Positions 17,671 to 29,097 of a stretch of DNA of 64,000 bases are shown here, in pieces. The notes under the pieces are model-generated. The model worked only from the letters and a program-made list of their open reading frames with translations. It ran no database searches and was not told the DNA's origin. The translations under genes and the position numbers were made by a program. This DNA comes from Gemmatimonadaceae bacterium (GTDB lineage: Bacteria > Gemmatimonadota > Gemmatimonadetes > Gemmatimonadales > Gemmatimonadaceae). The stretch lies in the NCBI GenBank assembly GCA_025930755.1, contig JAICOJ010000006.1:7109-71108 (forward strand). The letters are read 5' to 3'. Numbering within the stretch: the first letter of the stretch is position 1; each line of letters opens with the position of its first letter.

Positions 17671-18678
17671 GTGCTCTCGTCTACCTTCCGCGAGTTGATG
17701 CGCGCGTTCGTCATCCAGCGAGTCGCCACGCTGGTGACCATCGTAACGGTGGTTACCGGGTGTGACAAGGCGAAAGGATTCATTGGCGGAGATCGACCGG
17801 CGCCCCCGGAGATCGCGCCCGGCGAGGCCCTCAATCTCGCCGCGCGTCCCCACATCCTCTTCCAGATCTTCGGTGAGAAGGAAGATCCGCGGATGATTCC
17901 CATCGCCGCCATCGAAGACGGGCAGCTGAAGGCGATCGCGCTCTCGTCGACGGGTTGGCGTCAGTTCGACGCGATGTACCTCCGGGGGGGCAAGACCTAC
18001 AAGCTCTACCAGGACGGCCGCACGCGAGGCGCGGTGACGGTCCGGCAAGGCATGTGGGAGCGCCCCGAGAACCCGCTCTACACCCTTCCAGGGTGCCAGG
18101 CGCTCACGCCGCTGGCGAGCGTCACCGTCACGGGGATGACCAAGTCCTCGTACACCGTCGAGGCACTCGCGTCCTCGTTCGATCGCTCGGCTCCGCGCTC
18201 CGCGAGGCCTCTCCCCGATGCGGAGTTGGCGCGCACCGGGCGCAAGATCGCCATCGAAGCGGGCGCTCCGGAAAGCGTGGACGGGAAGATGCTCGACGCC
18301 CTCGACTTCCGCGCGGTCGCGATCAACACCGGCGCCACCGACTCCCCGACGATCGTCGCGTCGTACATCGATCCGACCGCCACCGACGCGGGCTCGGCGA
18401 CCGCCAACACCGTTCACCTCTTCGTCATCGCGGACCGCGACGTCGATGGCTATACGCCGACGATGTCCCATGTGGTGAACGGCCCGATCGCCGGTGCGGT
18501 GTACCGGCGCTTCTTCGATCATTTGGATCTCACCGGCGACGGCATCGACGAAATCGTGGCCGAGGAGTGGCGAATCGGCCAGGAGACGTCGCTGCTTGTA
18601 TTCGCCTGGATGAACGGGAGATGGAGGGAAGTGTTCCGGGGACGGTCGAGCTGGTGCCTCGACGAGGTGAGGCGATAG
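17671..18678 (+). CDS. Hypothetical lipoprotein
   Basis: The signal peptide and lipobox read VATLVTIVTVVTGC-D. GC3 is good. An alternative ATG start is at 17698. Confidence 0.6.
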   Translation: MLSSTFRELMRAFVIQRVATLVTIVTVVTGCDKAKGFIGGDRPAPPEIAPGEALNLAARPHILFQIFGEKEDPRMIPIAAIEDGQLKAIALSSTGWRQFDAMYLRGGKTYKLYQDGRTRGAVTVRQGMWERPENPLYTLPGCQALTPLASVTVTGMTKSSYTVEALASSFDRSAPRSARPLPDAELARTGRKIAIEAGAPESVDGKMLDALDFRAVAINTGATDSPTIVASYIDPTATDAGSATANTVHLFVIADRDVDGYTPTMSHVVNGPIAGAVYRRFFDHLDLTGDGIDEIVAEEWRIGQETSLLVFAWMNGRWREVFRGRSSWCLDEVRR

Positions 18679-18694
18679 GCGAACGGCGTTTCCG

Positions 18695-18814
18695 AACGGC
18701 AAGGATGACAGAACTCGGAATACAGAATTTCAGATAAGTCTACGGGGAGCCAGGGTCGTGGCTCCCCGTGGTCGTTTCTGAATTCTGCATTCTGTATTCT
18801 GAATTGTCGCCGTT
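18695..18814. repeat. Long palindromic element (CAGAAT-type, copy B) between convergent genes
   Basis: Arms aacggcaaggatgacagaactcggaatacagaatttcaga and tctgaattctgcattctgtattctgaattgtcgccgtt flank a nested GC hairpin at 18742-18769 (acggggagcc-agggtcgt-ggctccccgt). The right end overlaps the TAA at 18813-18815 of the methyltransferase gene. Confidence 0.8.
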
Positions 18815-19448
18815 ATCCCCCGCTCACGACCCCCACCGCGAGCCCATCTCCGACAGGCACGATCGTCCCCCGCACCCTCTCGTCGCTCGCCATGCGCCGG
18901 TTGAACTCGCGTACACCGCGCGTTCCCTCGTCCGCTGTTTCCGGATCGAGGACCCGCCCACCCCACAGCGCGTTGTCGGCGATCAGGAGCCCGCCGGGGC
19001 GAAGCAGGCGCAGCGCCCACTCGAAATACGTGGGCAACGGTTCCTTGTCGGCATCGAGAAAGATCGCGTCGAAACGCTCCCCGTCGAAGGCGGGAAGCAC
19101 ATCGAGTGCGCGGCCGATGCGGAGATCGATGCGGTCATCGAGGGCCGCCCGCGCGAAGTATCGTCGGGCGAACTCGGCGTGTCGTTCATCGACCTCGATC
19201 GTGACGAGCCGTCCCGACGCGGGCAGCCCTCGCGCCATCCAGATGGCGGAATATCCACCTAACGTGCCGACCTCGAGAACACGTTCGGCGCCGATGGCCG
19301 ACAGCAGAATCTGCAGAAGGCGACCGGTGACCGCGCTGATCGAGATGGGGGGCAATCCTTCACGATCGGCAGCTTCGCGAAGCGCTGCCAGGACGTCGTC
19401 ATCACGCGCGAACAGCGAGGCGATGTACTCGTCGACCCGATCGCTCAC
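18813..19448 (-). CDS. Class I SAM-dependent O-methyltransferase (caffeoyl-CoA OMT-like, family 3)
   Basis: Supporting sequences are LEVGTLGGYSAIWMA, LVTIEVDERHAEFAR and FDAIFLDADKE. Confidence 0.85.
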   Translation of the reverse strand: MSDRVDEYIASLFARDDDVLAALREAADREGLPPISISAVTGRLLQILLSAIGAERVLEVGTLGGYSAIWMARGLPASGRLVTIEVDERHAEFARRYFARAALDDRIDLRIGRALDVLPAFDGERFDAIFLDADKEPLPTYFEWALRLLRPGGLLIADNALWGGRVLDPETADEGTRGVREFNRRMASDERVRGTIVPVGDGLAVGVVSGG

Positions 19449-19457
19449 GGCCCCGCC

Positions 19458-19736
19458 CTACTCGACACCGATGTCCCACGCCTGCTCGAGATCCTTGCGT
19501 GAATAGGCTCGGAAGGCGGTGAGCGTCTGCGTGCGCTCGATCCCGGGCACTTTCACGAACTCCTCGGTAACCACCTGGGCGATGCGATCGTACTCGGGCA
19601 CCTTGACGATCGCAACGAGGTCCCACTCACCCGACACCGAGTAGACATCGGTGACGCCTTCGATCCCCGCCAGGCGCATGGCGACCTGCGGGATGAGCTT
19701 CGGATCGGCCCGAATGAGCACGATCGTCGTGATCAC
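19458..19736 (-). CDS. Stand-alone Lrp/AsnC-type ligand-binding (RAM) domain protein, no HTH
   Basis: IVLIRADP...GIEGVTDVYSVSGEWDLVAIVKV matches the AsnC C-terminal domain. The GTG at 19736 overlaps the upstream gene's stop as GTGA. Confidence 0.65.
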   Translation of the reverse strand: MITTIVLIRADPKLIPQVAMRLAGIEGVTDVYSVSGEWDLVAIVKVPEYDRIAQVVTEEFVKVPGIERTQTLTAFRAYSRKDLEQAWDIGVE

Positions 19737-20230
19737 TCGTCCTCCGGAAACGGCGGCACGTTCAGCAGCCACAAGCCCGCGATGCGATCGCGCTCGTCGA
19801 GCTCCAGCAGCAGGTCGCGCGCGAAGCGAATTGCTCGCGCCGGACGCTTGACGCCCAGCTTGAAATGAATCGTCCGTTCCGCCTGATCGGCCTCGGCCAC
19901 GAGGGAGGTGTCGACCTCGACGGCGGCGACATCCGGCTGTGAGTGCCGTGACGGCACGACGATGCTCGCACTCTGCGCGTCCGGCGGCGAAAGCGTCGCG
20001 ACCTTGCGCACGTCAGGCCACACGGCGACCTCGACGCCATGAATCCGTCCGGCCTCGACGTCGAGGACCACCCACGACCCATCGCTGCCAGCGAGCTCCA
20101 CCGAGCCGCTCATGCCCTTCCCCGTTGCACCGTTTCGCAGCGTTGCCGTGAGAATGTCGGTGTCGGGATCCCACCTGTAGTCGACGTCGGACAGCGCGCC
20201 GGTCGGCTCGATCTGCACCGCGATGTTCAC
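19733..20230 (-). CDS. Hypothetical protein
   Basis: Composition is coding-like. I recognise no family. Confidence 0.5.
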   Translation of the reverse strand: MNIAVQIEPTGALSDVDYRWDPDTDILTATLRNGATGKGMSGSVELAGSDGSWVVLDVEAGRIHGVEVAVWPDVRKVATLSPPDAQSASIVVPSRHSQPDVAAVEVDTSLVAEADQAERTIHFKLGVKRPARAIRFARDLLLELDERDRIAGLWLLNVPPFPEDE

Positions 20231-20386
20231 GAGAGAACTCCGTTAGGGGCCTTCAGTATCTCGACCGCGCGACCCGATGGGGAGGCCGAACGCGTGCCGT
20301 GCGTAGCCTGGCCTTGCATGCCGACGTCGCGCGCCGCTCTCCCGGGCCAAGATACCAGGAGCGGCCATCCCCGCCAGAGTGCCGCA

Positions 20387-21604
20387 TCAGCGGCTCATCT
20401 CGCGCCAGAGGCTCACGAGGCGTCGCGTCCCCTCGACGACCGCGTCGATCGGTGCCGCGTACGACATGCGCACCCATCCCGGCGTGAGGAACGCGGACCC
20501 CGGGACGACGGCAACCTCATGGCTCTCGAGGAGCCGCTGTGCGAACCGCGCTCCGTCATCGCGCTCCGGGTCGTCGGATCCCACACGTGCGAACAGATAG
20601 AACGCGCCTTCGGGCTCGACGATCTCCAGACCGGGTTCCGCGCGCACGACCTCGACCACGGCATCACGCCGCCGCCGAAACTCCGCCACCATCTTTCTCA
20701 CCGAATCATCCGCCGCCTCACGATTCGTGAGCGCGGCAAGGGCGGCGTGCTGCGATGGTGCGGCCGCGTTCGAGGTCGTGTGTGACTGAAACGCGGTCAT
20801 CGCGGCCGACAGCTCGCGCGGGGCGATCGCCCACCCGATTCGCCACCCGGTCATCGCGTAGGCCTTGGCGACGCCGTCGATCAGCACGAGGCGATCGAGC
20901 GACGGGGCAACCTCGAGTGCCGATGCCGCCGGCTCGGTCCCGTATGCGATCGCGCGATAGATCTCATCGCTGATCACCCACCAACCGTGCTCATGCGCGC
21001 ACTCGAGCAGCGCCGCGAGCTCATCGCGCGAATACACCGCACCCGTGGGATTGCACGGGGAGTTCAGCATCACCCCGCGGGTTCGGCCCGTCGACGCGGC
21101 CTCGAGCATTGATGGGGTGACCTTGAGGCCGGCGCCCGCATCGCCGGGTACGGGAACGGCAGTCGCTCGCGCCAGCGTGACCATCTCGTAGTAGCTCGTC
21201 CAGCTGGGCGTGGGGATGAGCACCTCGTCCCCTTCACCGAAAAGACAGAAGCAGGCGTTGAACAGCGATTGCTTCGAGCCCGTCGACACGACCACCTGCC
21301 CCGGCGTGACCTCGACACCCATGTGACCTGCTCGGCGCACGATCGCTTCGCGGAGGGGAAGGATGCCCTCCGTCGCCGTGTATCGCGTGGCTCCGGCGTC
21401 GATCGCGCTCTGCGCCGCTCGACGGATGAACTCGGGGGTGTCGAAGTCGGGCTCGCCGGCGCCCAGGTCGATGACCGGACGTCCCGCGGCACGAAGCGCC
21501 TTGGCTCGCGCCGACACCGCGATGGTCGCGGACTCGCGGAGCTGGGCGATGTTCCCGGAAGGGGCGAAGGCGCGATTGCTGCGAGGTCCGGCGAGCAACG
21601 ACAT
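20387..21604 (-). CDS. Pyridoxal-phosphate-dependent aminotransferase (aspartate/aromatic class I)
   Basis: Supporting sequences are GEPDFDTP, NSPCNPTGAVY and DGVAKAYAMTGWRIGW (PLP lysine region). This is only the 3' third of the 1207-aa track ORF. The ATG is at 21604. Confidence 0.9.
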   Translation of the reverse strand: MSLLAGPRSNRAFAPSGNIAQLRESATIAVSARAKALRAAGRPVIDLGAGEPDFDTPEFIRRAAQSAIDAGATRYTATEGILPLREAIVRRAGHMGVEVTPGQVVVSTGSKQSLFNACFCLFGEGDEVLIPTPSWTSYYEMVTLARATAVPVPGDAGAGLKVTPSMLEAASTGRTRGVMLNSPCNPTGAVYSRDELAALLECAHEHGWWVISDEIYRAIAYGTEPAASALEVAPSLDRLVLIDGVAKAYAMTGWRIGWAIAPRELSAAMTAFQSHTTSNAAAPSQHAALAALTNREAADDSVRKMVAEFRRRRDAVVEVVRAEPGLEIVEPEGAFYLFARVGSDDPERDDGARFAQRLLESHEVAVVPGSAFLTPGWVRMSYAAPIDAVVEGTRRLVSLWREMSR

Positions 21605-21685
21605 GCGGCGGCGGTGGAGGAAGGTGAGTGGCGAGTATACTTTACATCCCAGGTCGCGGGCACGCCATTGACAACGGAGGCACCG

Positions 21686-23293
21686 GTGGAGCAGCACGGG
21701 CGAATTGCGGAGCACGAGGAGCGCGAGACGGCGAGCGTCGGCCGCAGCCAGAACGTCGTGCACATCCTCCCGCATGACATGGCGTCGGCTGCCGGGGTGC
21801 TTGCCACCGTCCTCGAGCGCCTCGACCGCGACGTGCCAGAGCTGCAGGTCCTGCTCCTGGCTCCCGACCCGGACGCGGCCATCTCCCTCGCACGGGCGAT
21901 CACATCGCTGCCGAGCGCCACGGGACTTCGCGTCATTCCAGCCTCGAGTGCACGTCGCGCGACGCGCCTGCTTCGCGCGCGACCCACTCATGGCGTGATC
22001 GGCGCCCCGACGGAGCTTCTCGAGCTGGTGAGGACATCGGTGCTCAAGATGGAGCACGTTCGCGCACTGGTGCTTGCGTGGGTAGACGAGATCGTCGACG
22101 ACACCGGGTCCCGCGAAGCCCTGGAGGCGGTACTCGCCGAAATCCCGAAGGAGGCTGCGCGAACCATCATCGCGTCGCGTCAGACTCCGGAGGTGGAGCA
22201 GCTCATCGAGCGGTATGCCCGCCGCGCGCGCCGCACCGGGGATGGCGGCACTGGCGCCGTCGCGACGCCCATCCGGTACGTCTCGAGCTCCGCCTGGGGG
22301 CGCCTCCCCACGCTGCAGCGTGTGCTCGACGCGCTCGATCCCGAGGTGGCGGCGGTCTTCACTCGCTCGGAATCGACCGAGCGCGAGCTCCGCGAGCTGC
22401 TCGAGTCGCTCGGACACGTGGGCGATGACGCCGGCGTTCGCGTCACGCGCGGCGCGCCAGTGATCGAAGCGGACACGCTGATTCTCCTCGACATCCCGAC
22501 CCGAGACGAGCTGCGCGCTGTAATGGGTGGCGCCACGCCTGCGGTCATCGCGATCGCGCAGCCGCGGCAGCTCGATACGCTGCGGGTGCTTGCCGGCGGC
22601 GCGCCCGTCACGCCTTTGCCCGCTTCTGACGCGGCGGGGCGCGCTCGTAAGCGCGTGGCTGCTCTCCGATCCGAGCTCCGAAGCGTGCTCGCCAGCGGCG
22701 TTCCCACTCATGAGCTTCTTGCGCTCGAGCCACTTCTCGATGAGTACGACGGCGTCGAGGTCGCGGCGGCGGCGCTCCGCCTGCTCGAGCGCGCACGGTC
22801 GAGCGAGGCCGTTCGCGCTTCTGCTCCGGTGTCTGCCCCGGCTGCGACGGCGCCCGCAGGCGGTTGGACGCGCATCTTCGTCGGGGCGGGCACGCGCGAC
22901 CGCGTGGGGCCGGGCGACCTCGTCGGGGCCATCACGGGCGAGGCGGGCGTCACCCGTGAGAGCATCGGGAAGATCGAGTTGCGGGAGAACCACTCCCTCG
23001 TGGAAATCGCCACGCCGGACGCCGAGCGGGTCGCAGGGGCGCTGACCGGAACGATGCTTCGCGGGCGGCGGGTGATCGCGCGCCTGGATAAAGGGCGCGA
23101 AGCGAGGGGGGACCGGGGTGATCGGGGTGATCGGGGTGATCGGGGTGATCGAGCGTTGCGAGGGCCGCGCGGCTCGCGATCCGAGCGCGGCGAGCGGGGG
23201 CCTCGCGATCGCGGCGAACGCCCTGATCGTGGCCCCCGTCGCGTGCGCGGCGACGTGGAGCACCGCCGGCCCCCGACCACCGAAGGCGAGTAG
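21686..23293 (+). CDS. DEAD-box-helicase-like protein with degenerate catalytic motifs, a DbpA-type RNA-binding domain and an R/G/D-rich tail
   Basis: The fold markers are in the order expected for DEAD-box proteins but are mutated: LLLAPDPDAA replaces PTRELA, LAWVDEIV replaces DEAD, and ASRQ replaces SAT. The C-terminal WTRIFVGAGTRDRVGPGDLVGAITGEAGV...IGKIELRENHSLVEI matches the DbpA RBD. GGAGG lies 5 nt before the GTG at 21686. Confidence 0.7.
   Translation: MEQHGRIAEHEERETASVGRSQNVVHILPHDMASAAGVLATVLERLDRDVPELQVLLLAPDPDAAISLARAITSLPSATGLRVIPASSARRATRLLRARPTHGVIGAPTELLELVRTSVLKMEHVRALVLAWVDEIVDDTGSREALEAVLAEIPKEAARTIIASRQTPEVEQLIERYARRARRTGDGGTGAVATPIRYVSSSAWGRLPTLQRVLDALDPEVAAVFTRSESTERELRELLESLGHVGDDAGVRVTRGAPVIEADTLILLDIPTRDELRAVMGGATPAVIAIAQPRQLDTLRVLAGGAPVTPLPASDAAGRARKRVAALRSELRSVLASGVPTHELLALEPLLDEYDGVEVAAAALRLLERARSSEAVRASAPVSAPAATAPAGGWTRIFVGAGTRDRVGPGDLVGAITGEAGVTRESIGKIELRENHSLVEIATPDAERVAGALTGTMLRGRRVIARLDKGREARGDRGDRGDRGDRGDRALRGPRGSRSERGERGPRDRGERPDRGPRRVRGDVEHRRPPTTEGE
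23108..23152 (+). repeat. 9-nt tandem repeat x5 inside the CDS, encoding (GDR)5
   Basis: The sequence is ggggaccgg, then ggtgatcgg x3, then ggtgatcga. It is in frame with the helicase-like gene. Confidence 0.9.
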
Positions 23294-23302
23294 CGCGCTC
23301 GA

Positions 23303-23908
23303 ATGCTCTACGGCGCGCGCGGCGGTTGGATCGAGGTCATCGCGGGCGTGATGTTCAGCGGCAAGAGCGAGGAGCTCATCCGCCGCGTTCGTCGCGCGAT
23401 GATCGCACGAAAGAAGGTGCAGGTCTTCAAGTCGCATCTCGATGAGCGGTACCAGGGATTGTACGCGGTGTCGAGTCACGACGGTCGCTCCGTCGAGGCA
23501 ATCCCCATCGATTCCTCGATTCAGATCGCACAGCAGCTGAACACCCTCGCGGACGTGATCGCGATCGACGAGGCGCAGTTTCTCGACGCGGGCATCGTAC
23601 CGCTCGTGCGCGCCTTCGCCACGCGCGGCCTGCGCGTCATCATCGCCGGAACGGATACCGATTTCCGCGGAGAGCCCTTCGGTGCGATGCCGCAGCTCAT
23701 GGCGGATGCGGAGCTGGTCGACAAGCTGCACGCCATCTGCGTGATCTGCGGTGGGCCCGCGAGTCGCAACCAGCGTATCATCGACGGTCGTCCAGCCGGG
23801 TACGATTCCCCGACCATCATGGTCGGTGGGCGGGAGTCGTACGAGGCGCGTTGCCGCCACTGTCATCAGGTTCCGCGCGTCGACGAGGACCAGGTGGCTC
23901 TTCTGTGA
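23303..23908 (+). CDS. tdk: Thymidine kinase
   Basis: The P-loop [14 protein letters not shown] is present. AIDEAQF and the zinc cysteines CVICGGPA...CRHC also match. Confidence 0.9.
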   Translation: MLYGARGGWIEVIAGVMFSGKSEELIRRVRRAMIARKKVQVFKSHLDERYQGLYAVSSHDGRSVEAIPIDSSIQIAQQLNTLADVIAIDEAQFLDAGIVPLVRAFATRGLRVIIAGTDTDFRGEPFGAMPQLMADAELVDKLHAICVICGGPASRNQRIIDGRPAGYDSPTIMVGGRESYEARCRHCHQVPRVDEDQVALL

Positions 23909-23981
23909 CAGGCACCGTTGACGGCTCCGTCCAATTATTCCTACCTTGCGCGCTCGATCCCTGAACGCCCTGGAGACGCGA

Positions 23982-24596
23982 ATGCTTCTGGTCGGGCTCA
24001 CCGGCAACATCGCCAGCGGAAAATCGACCGTCGCGCAGCTGTTTGGGCAGTGGGGGGCAACACTGATCGACGCCGACGTTCTTGCGCGTCAGGCGGTGGA
24101 CGTCGGCATGCCCGCCTACCACGCGATCGTCGAGCGATGGGGCGAAGGTGTGACGGCGCCGGACGGCCTCATCGACCGTCGTGAGCTCCGCCAGCGCGTG
24201 TTCTCGGACAGTGAGCAGCTCGAGGCACTCAACGCCATCGTGCATCCGGAAGTGCAGCGCCTTCGCGACCAGCTCGTCGACGACGCGCGCCGCCGCGGTG
24301 ACCGCGTCGTGGTCTGCGACATCCCGCTCCTCTTCGAGCGCCGTCTCGCGGAGCAGTTCGACCGCATCGTCCTCGTCGATGCCCCCCGCCCCGTTCGCAT
24401 GGACCGCCTCGTACGCGATCGAGGACTCGAGACGACGGAAGCAATGAAGATGATCGCCTCCCAGATGCCCGCCGAGCTGAAGCGGGCACGCGCGGACTAT
24501 CTCATCGACAATACCGGTACGCGACAGGAGCTGGAGTTTCGCGCGCGGGAGGTATGGGAAGCGCTACAGCGTGATGCGGTACCAGCAGCGTCGTGA
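23982..24596 (+). CDS. coaE: Dephospho-CoA kinase
   Basis: LVGLTGNIASGKSTVA is present. The ATG at 23982 is preceded by GGAG 6 nt upstream. The track ORF starts at a TTG at 23946. Confidence 0.9.
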   Translation: MLLVGLTGNIASGKSTVAQLFGQWGATLIDADVLARQAVDVGMPAYHAIVERWGEGVTAPDGLIDRRELRQRVFSDSEQLEALNAIVHPEVQRLRDQLVDDARRRGDRVVVCDIPLLFERRLAEQFDRIVLVDAPRPVRMDRLVRDRGLETTEAMKMIASQMPAELKRARADYLIDNTGTRQELEFRAREVWEALQRDAVPAAS

Positions 24597-24597
24597 C

Positions 24598-24707
24598 CGG
24601 CAAAGACGTCAGATGTCAGAGTTCAGATTTCAGAAATCAGACAAACCTGCGAGCCGCGAATGCGTGGCTGCCCGTGGTCGTTTCTGAATTTTGTCGTCCT
24701 TGCCGTT
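24598..24707. repeat. Palindromic element (CAGAAT-type, copy C, asymmetric/degenerate)
   Basis: The clamp cggcaaagacg pairs with cgtccttgccg (1 mismatch). The left arm is long (cagatgtcagagttcagatttcagaaatcaga) and the right arm short (tctgaattttg). It shares a 28-nt block with copy B and starts 2 nt after the coaE stop. Confidence 0.7.
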
Positions 24708-24746
24708 CCTCGTGATAGCTGACGGCGTTGCCGTTGAACCCGTTCC

Positions 24747-24775
24747 TTGACTCCGCGCGCCGGGACTCCTAGACT
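24747..24775 (+). promoter_or_regulatory. Candidate sigma-70-type promoter for gcvH
   Basis: TTGACT (24747-24752), a 17-nt spacer and TAGACT (24770-24775) lie about 30 nt upstream of the gcvH GTG. This is pattern recognition only. Confidence 0.3.
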
Positions 24776-24804
24776 TTGCGCCGTTTCCCTCCCGGAGCGC
24801 ACGC

Positions 24805-25194
24805 GTGGCCGATCTGCCGAAGGATCTCCTCTACACCGAGGAGCACGAGTACGTAAAGGCCACCGACGATGCGGGCATCGTGCAGATCGGCATTACCGAC
24901 TACGCGCAGGGCGAGCTTGGCGACGTCGTCTACGTCGAGCTGCCGACGGTCGGCACCTCGTTTGGCCGCATGGATGTGTTCGGCACGATCGAGGCGGTGA
25001 AAGCGGTCTCCGAGCTCTTCTCGCCGCTGAGCGGCGAGGTCGTCGCCGTCAACACTCGGCTCGACAAGGAACCAGCGCTCGTGAACACCGACCCCTACGG
25101 CGACGGGTGGATGATCCGTCTCCGACTGAAGAACGAGGGGGAACGGAAGCAGCTCATGAACGCCGAGGCGTACGGGAGCCACATCGGACAGTGA
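24805..25194 (+). CDS. gcvH: Glycine cleavage system H protein
   Basis: The lipoyl-lysine region GTIEAVKAVSELFSP is present. Size (129 aa) is typical. Confidence 0.95.
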   Translation: MADLPKDLLYTEEHEYVKATDDAGIVQIGITDYAQGELGDVVYVELPTVGTSFGRMDVFGTIEAVKAVSELFSPLSGEVVAVNTRLDKEPALVNTDPYGDGWMIRLRLKNEGERKQLMNAEAYGSHIGQ

Positions 25195-25254
25195 GTGGGG
25201 AGTGGGGAGTGAGCAAAAACTACCCATGAAGCTTCAGTCTTCACTCTTCACTCC

Positions 25255-25260
<6 letters not shown>
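25193..25260. repeat. Long hairpin (GGAGTGA-type) between convergent gcvH and gcvP
   Basis: gagtggggagtggggagtgag pairs with cttcactcttcactcctcactc, giving about 21 bp including G-U pairs in the plus-strand RNA. The arms are tandem 7-nt units. The arms run into both stop codons (25192-25194 and 25255-25257). Confidence 0.7.
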
Positions 25261-28158
<2,898 letters not shown>

Positions 28159-28187
28159 GTGCCTGAATTTACCTTGCCATCACTTCA

Positions 28188-29015
28188 ATGGAATCCACGA
28201 CGGCTTTCCCGGGGTCGGCCCGGGAGGACGGGTCGCGGCTGAAGGACGCAGCCTGGTTGCTCGTGTCCCCAGCCGCAGACGGCGCTACGAACATGGCCCT
28301 CGACGAAGCGTTGCTGCGTCGAGCCGGTCGTACGGGCGAGACGATGTTCCGGGTATACACCTGGGCGAGGCCGACGGTCTCCCTGGGTCGTAACCAGCCG
28401 GCCCGCGGCTGCTACGATCTCGACGTCGCCTGTGCCAGGGGAATCGATTTCGTCCGACGCCTCACCGGCGGGCGCGCGATCCTGCATCATCACGAGATCA
28501 CGTACGCCGTCGCCTCCCCCGTCTCGCTCTACGGATCGCTCCCGGAATCGTATCGCACGATCAATCGTCTGCTCCTGGAGGCGCTCCGCACGCTGGGGGT
28601 CGATGCGGAAGAGGCGGAGGCATCGACTCGGGCGCCTGCTCCAAGCATCGCGCCCTGCTTCGACGTACCGGTCACGGGTGAGCTGGTCGCGGATGGACGG
28701 AAGCTCGTGGGTAGCGCGCAGGTGCGGGATGGAGGTGCTTTTCTGCAACATGGGTCGATTCTGCTGGAAGACGATCAGCATCTGCTCGCCGAGATGCTCG
28801 TCGATCGGGAGCCGTCCCCCGCACCCGCGACGTTGGGCGCGCTGACGGGCCGGGCGGTGACGGTCCAGGAGTTCGCTGACGCCCTTGCGACGTCGGTCAC
28901 CCTCCACGATGGACGCTCGCCGCGCATGTTCGAGGTCGACGAGCCCCTGCTCGATGATGTTCGTTCGCTCATTCGCACCCGATACGCTCTCGCCGACTGG
29001 ACGTGGCGCCGCTGA
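28188..29015 (+). CDS. lplA: Lipoate--protein ligase family protein
   Basis: Supporting sequences are NMALDEALL, VRRLTGGRAILH and GRKLVGSAQV. Confidence 0.8.
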   Translation: MESTTAFPGSAREDGSRLKDAAWLLVSPAADGATNMALDEALLRRAGRTGETMFRVYTWARPTVSLGRNQPARGCYDLDVACARGIDFVRRLTGGRAILHHHEITYAVASPVSLYGSLPESYRTINRLLLEALRTLGVDAEEAEASTRAPAPSIAPCFDVPVTGELVADGRKLVGSAQVRDGGAFLQHGSILLEDDQHLLAEMLVDREPSPAPATLGALTGRAVTVQEFADALATSVTLHDGRSPRMFEVDEPLLDDVRSLIRTRYALADWTWRR

Positions 29016-29097
29016 CCTCGTTGTTCGTTCGCTGCTCGCCTTGACGCACCATCGCGGCGGTACCCATTGTTGCCGCGCTTCCACCACCCCGACGACC

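Noticed and set aside
21605-24010. Upstream two-thirds of the 1207-aa minus-strand ORF (20387..24010)
   Set aside because: Only the last 405 codons (20387-21604) are a genuine aminotransferase. The rest is antisense to the helicase-like gene, tdk and coaE, and it translates the (GDR)5 repeat as ITPITPITP.
24708-24804. Glycine riboswitch upstream of gcvH (and in the 29-nt gap at 28159-28187 upstream of gcvP)
   Set aside because: I could not find the conserved GGAGAG...CACCG/ACCGAAGGGGCAA-type elements, and the gcvP gap is too short. This was judged by eye only, so a covariance-model scan would be decisive.
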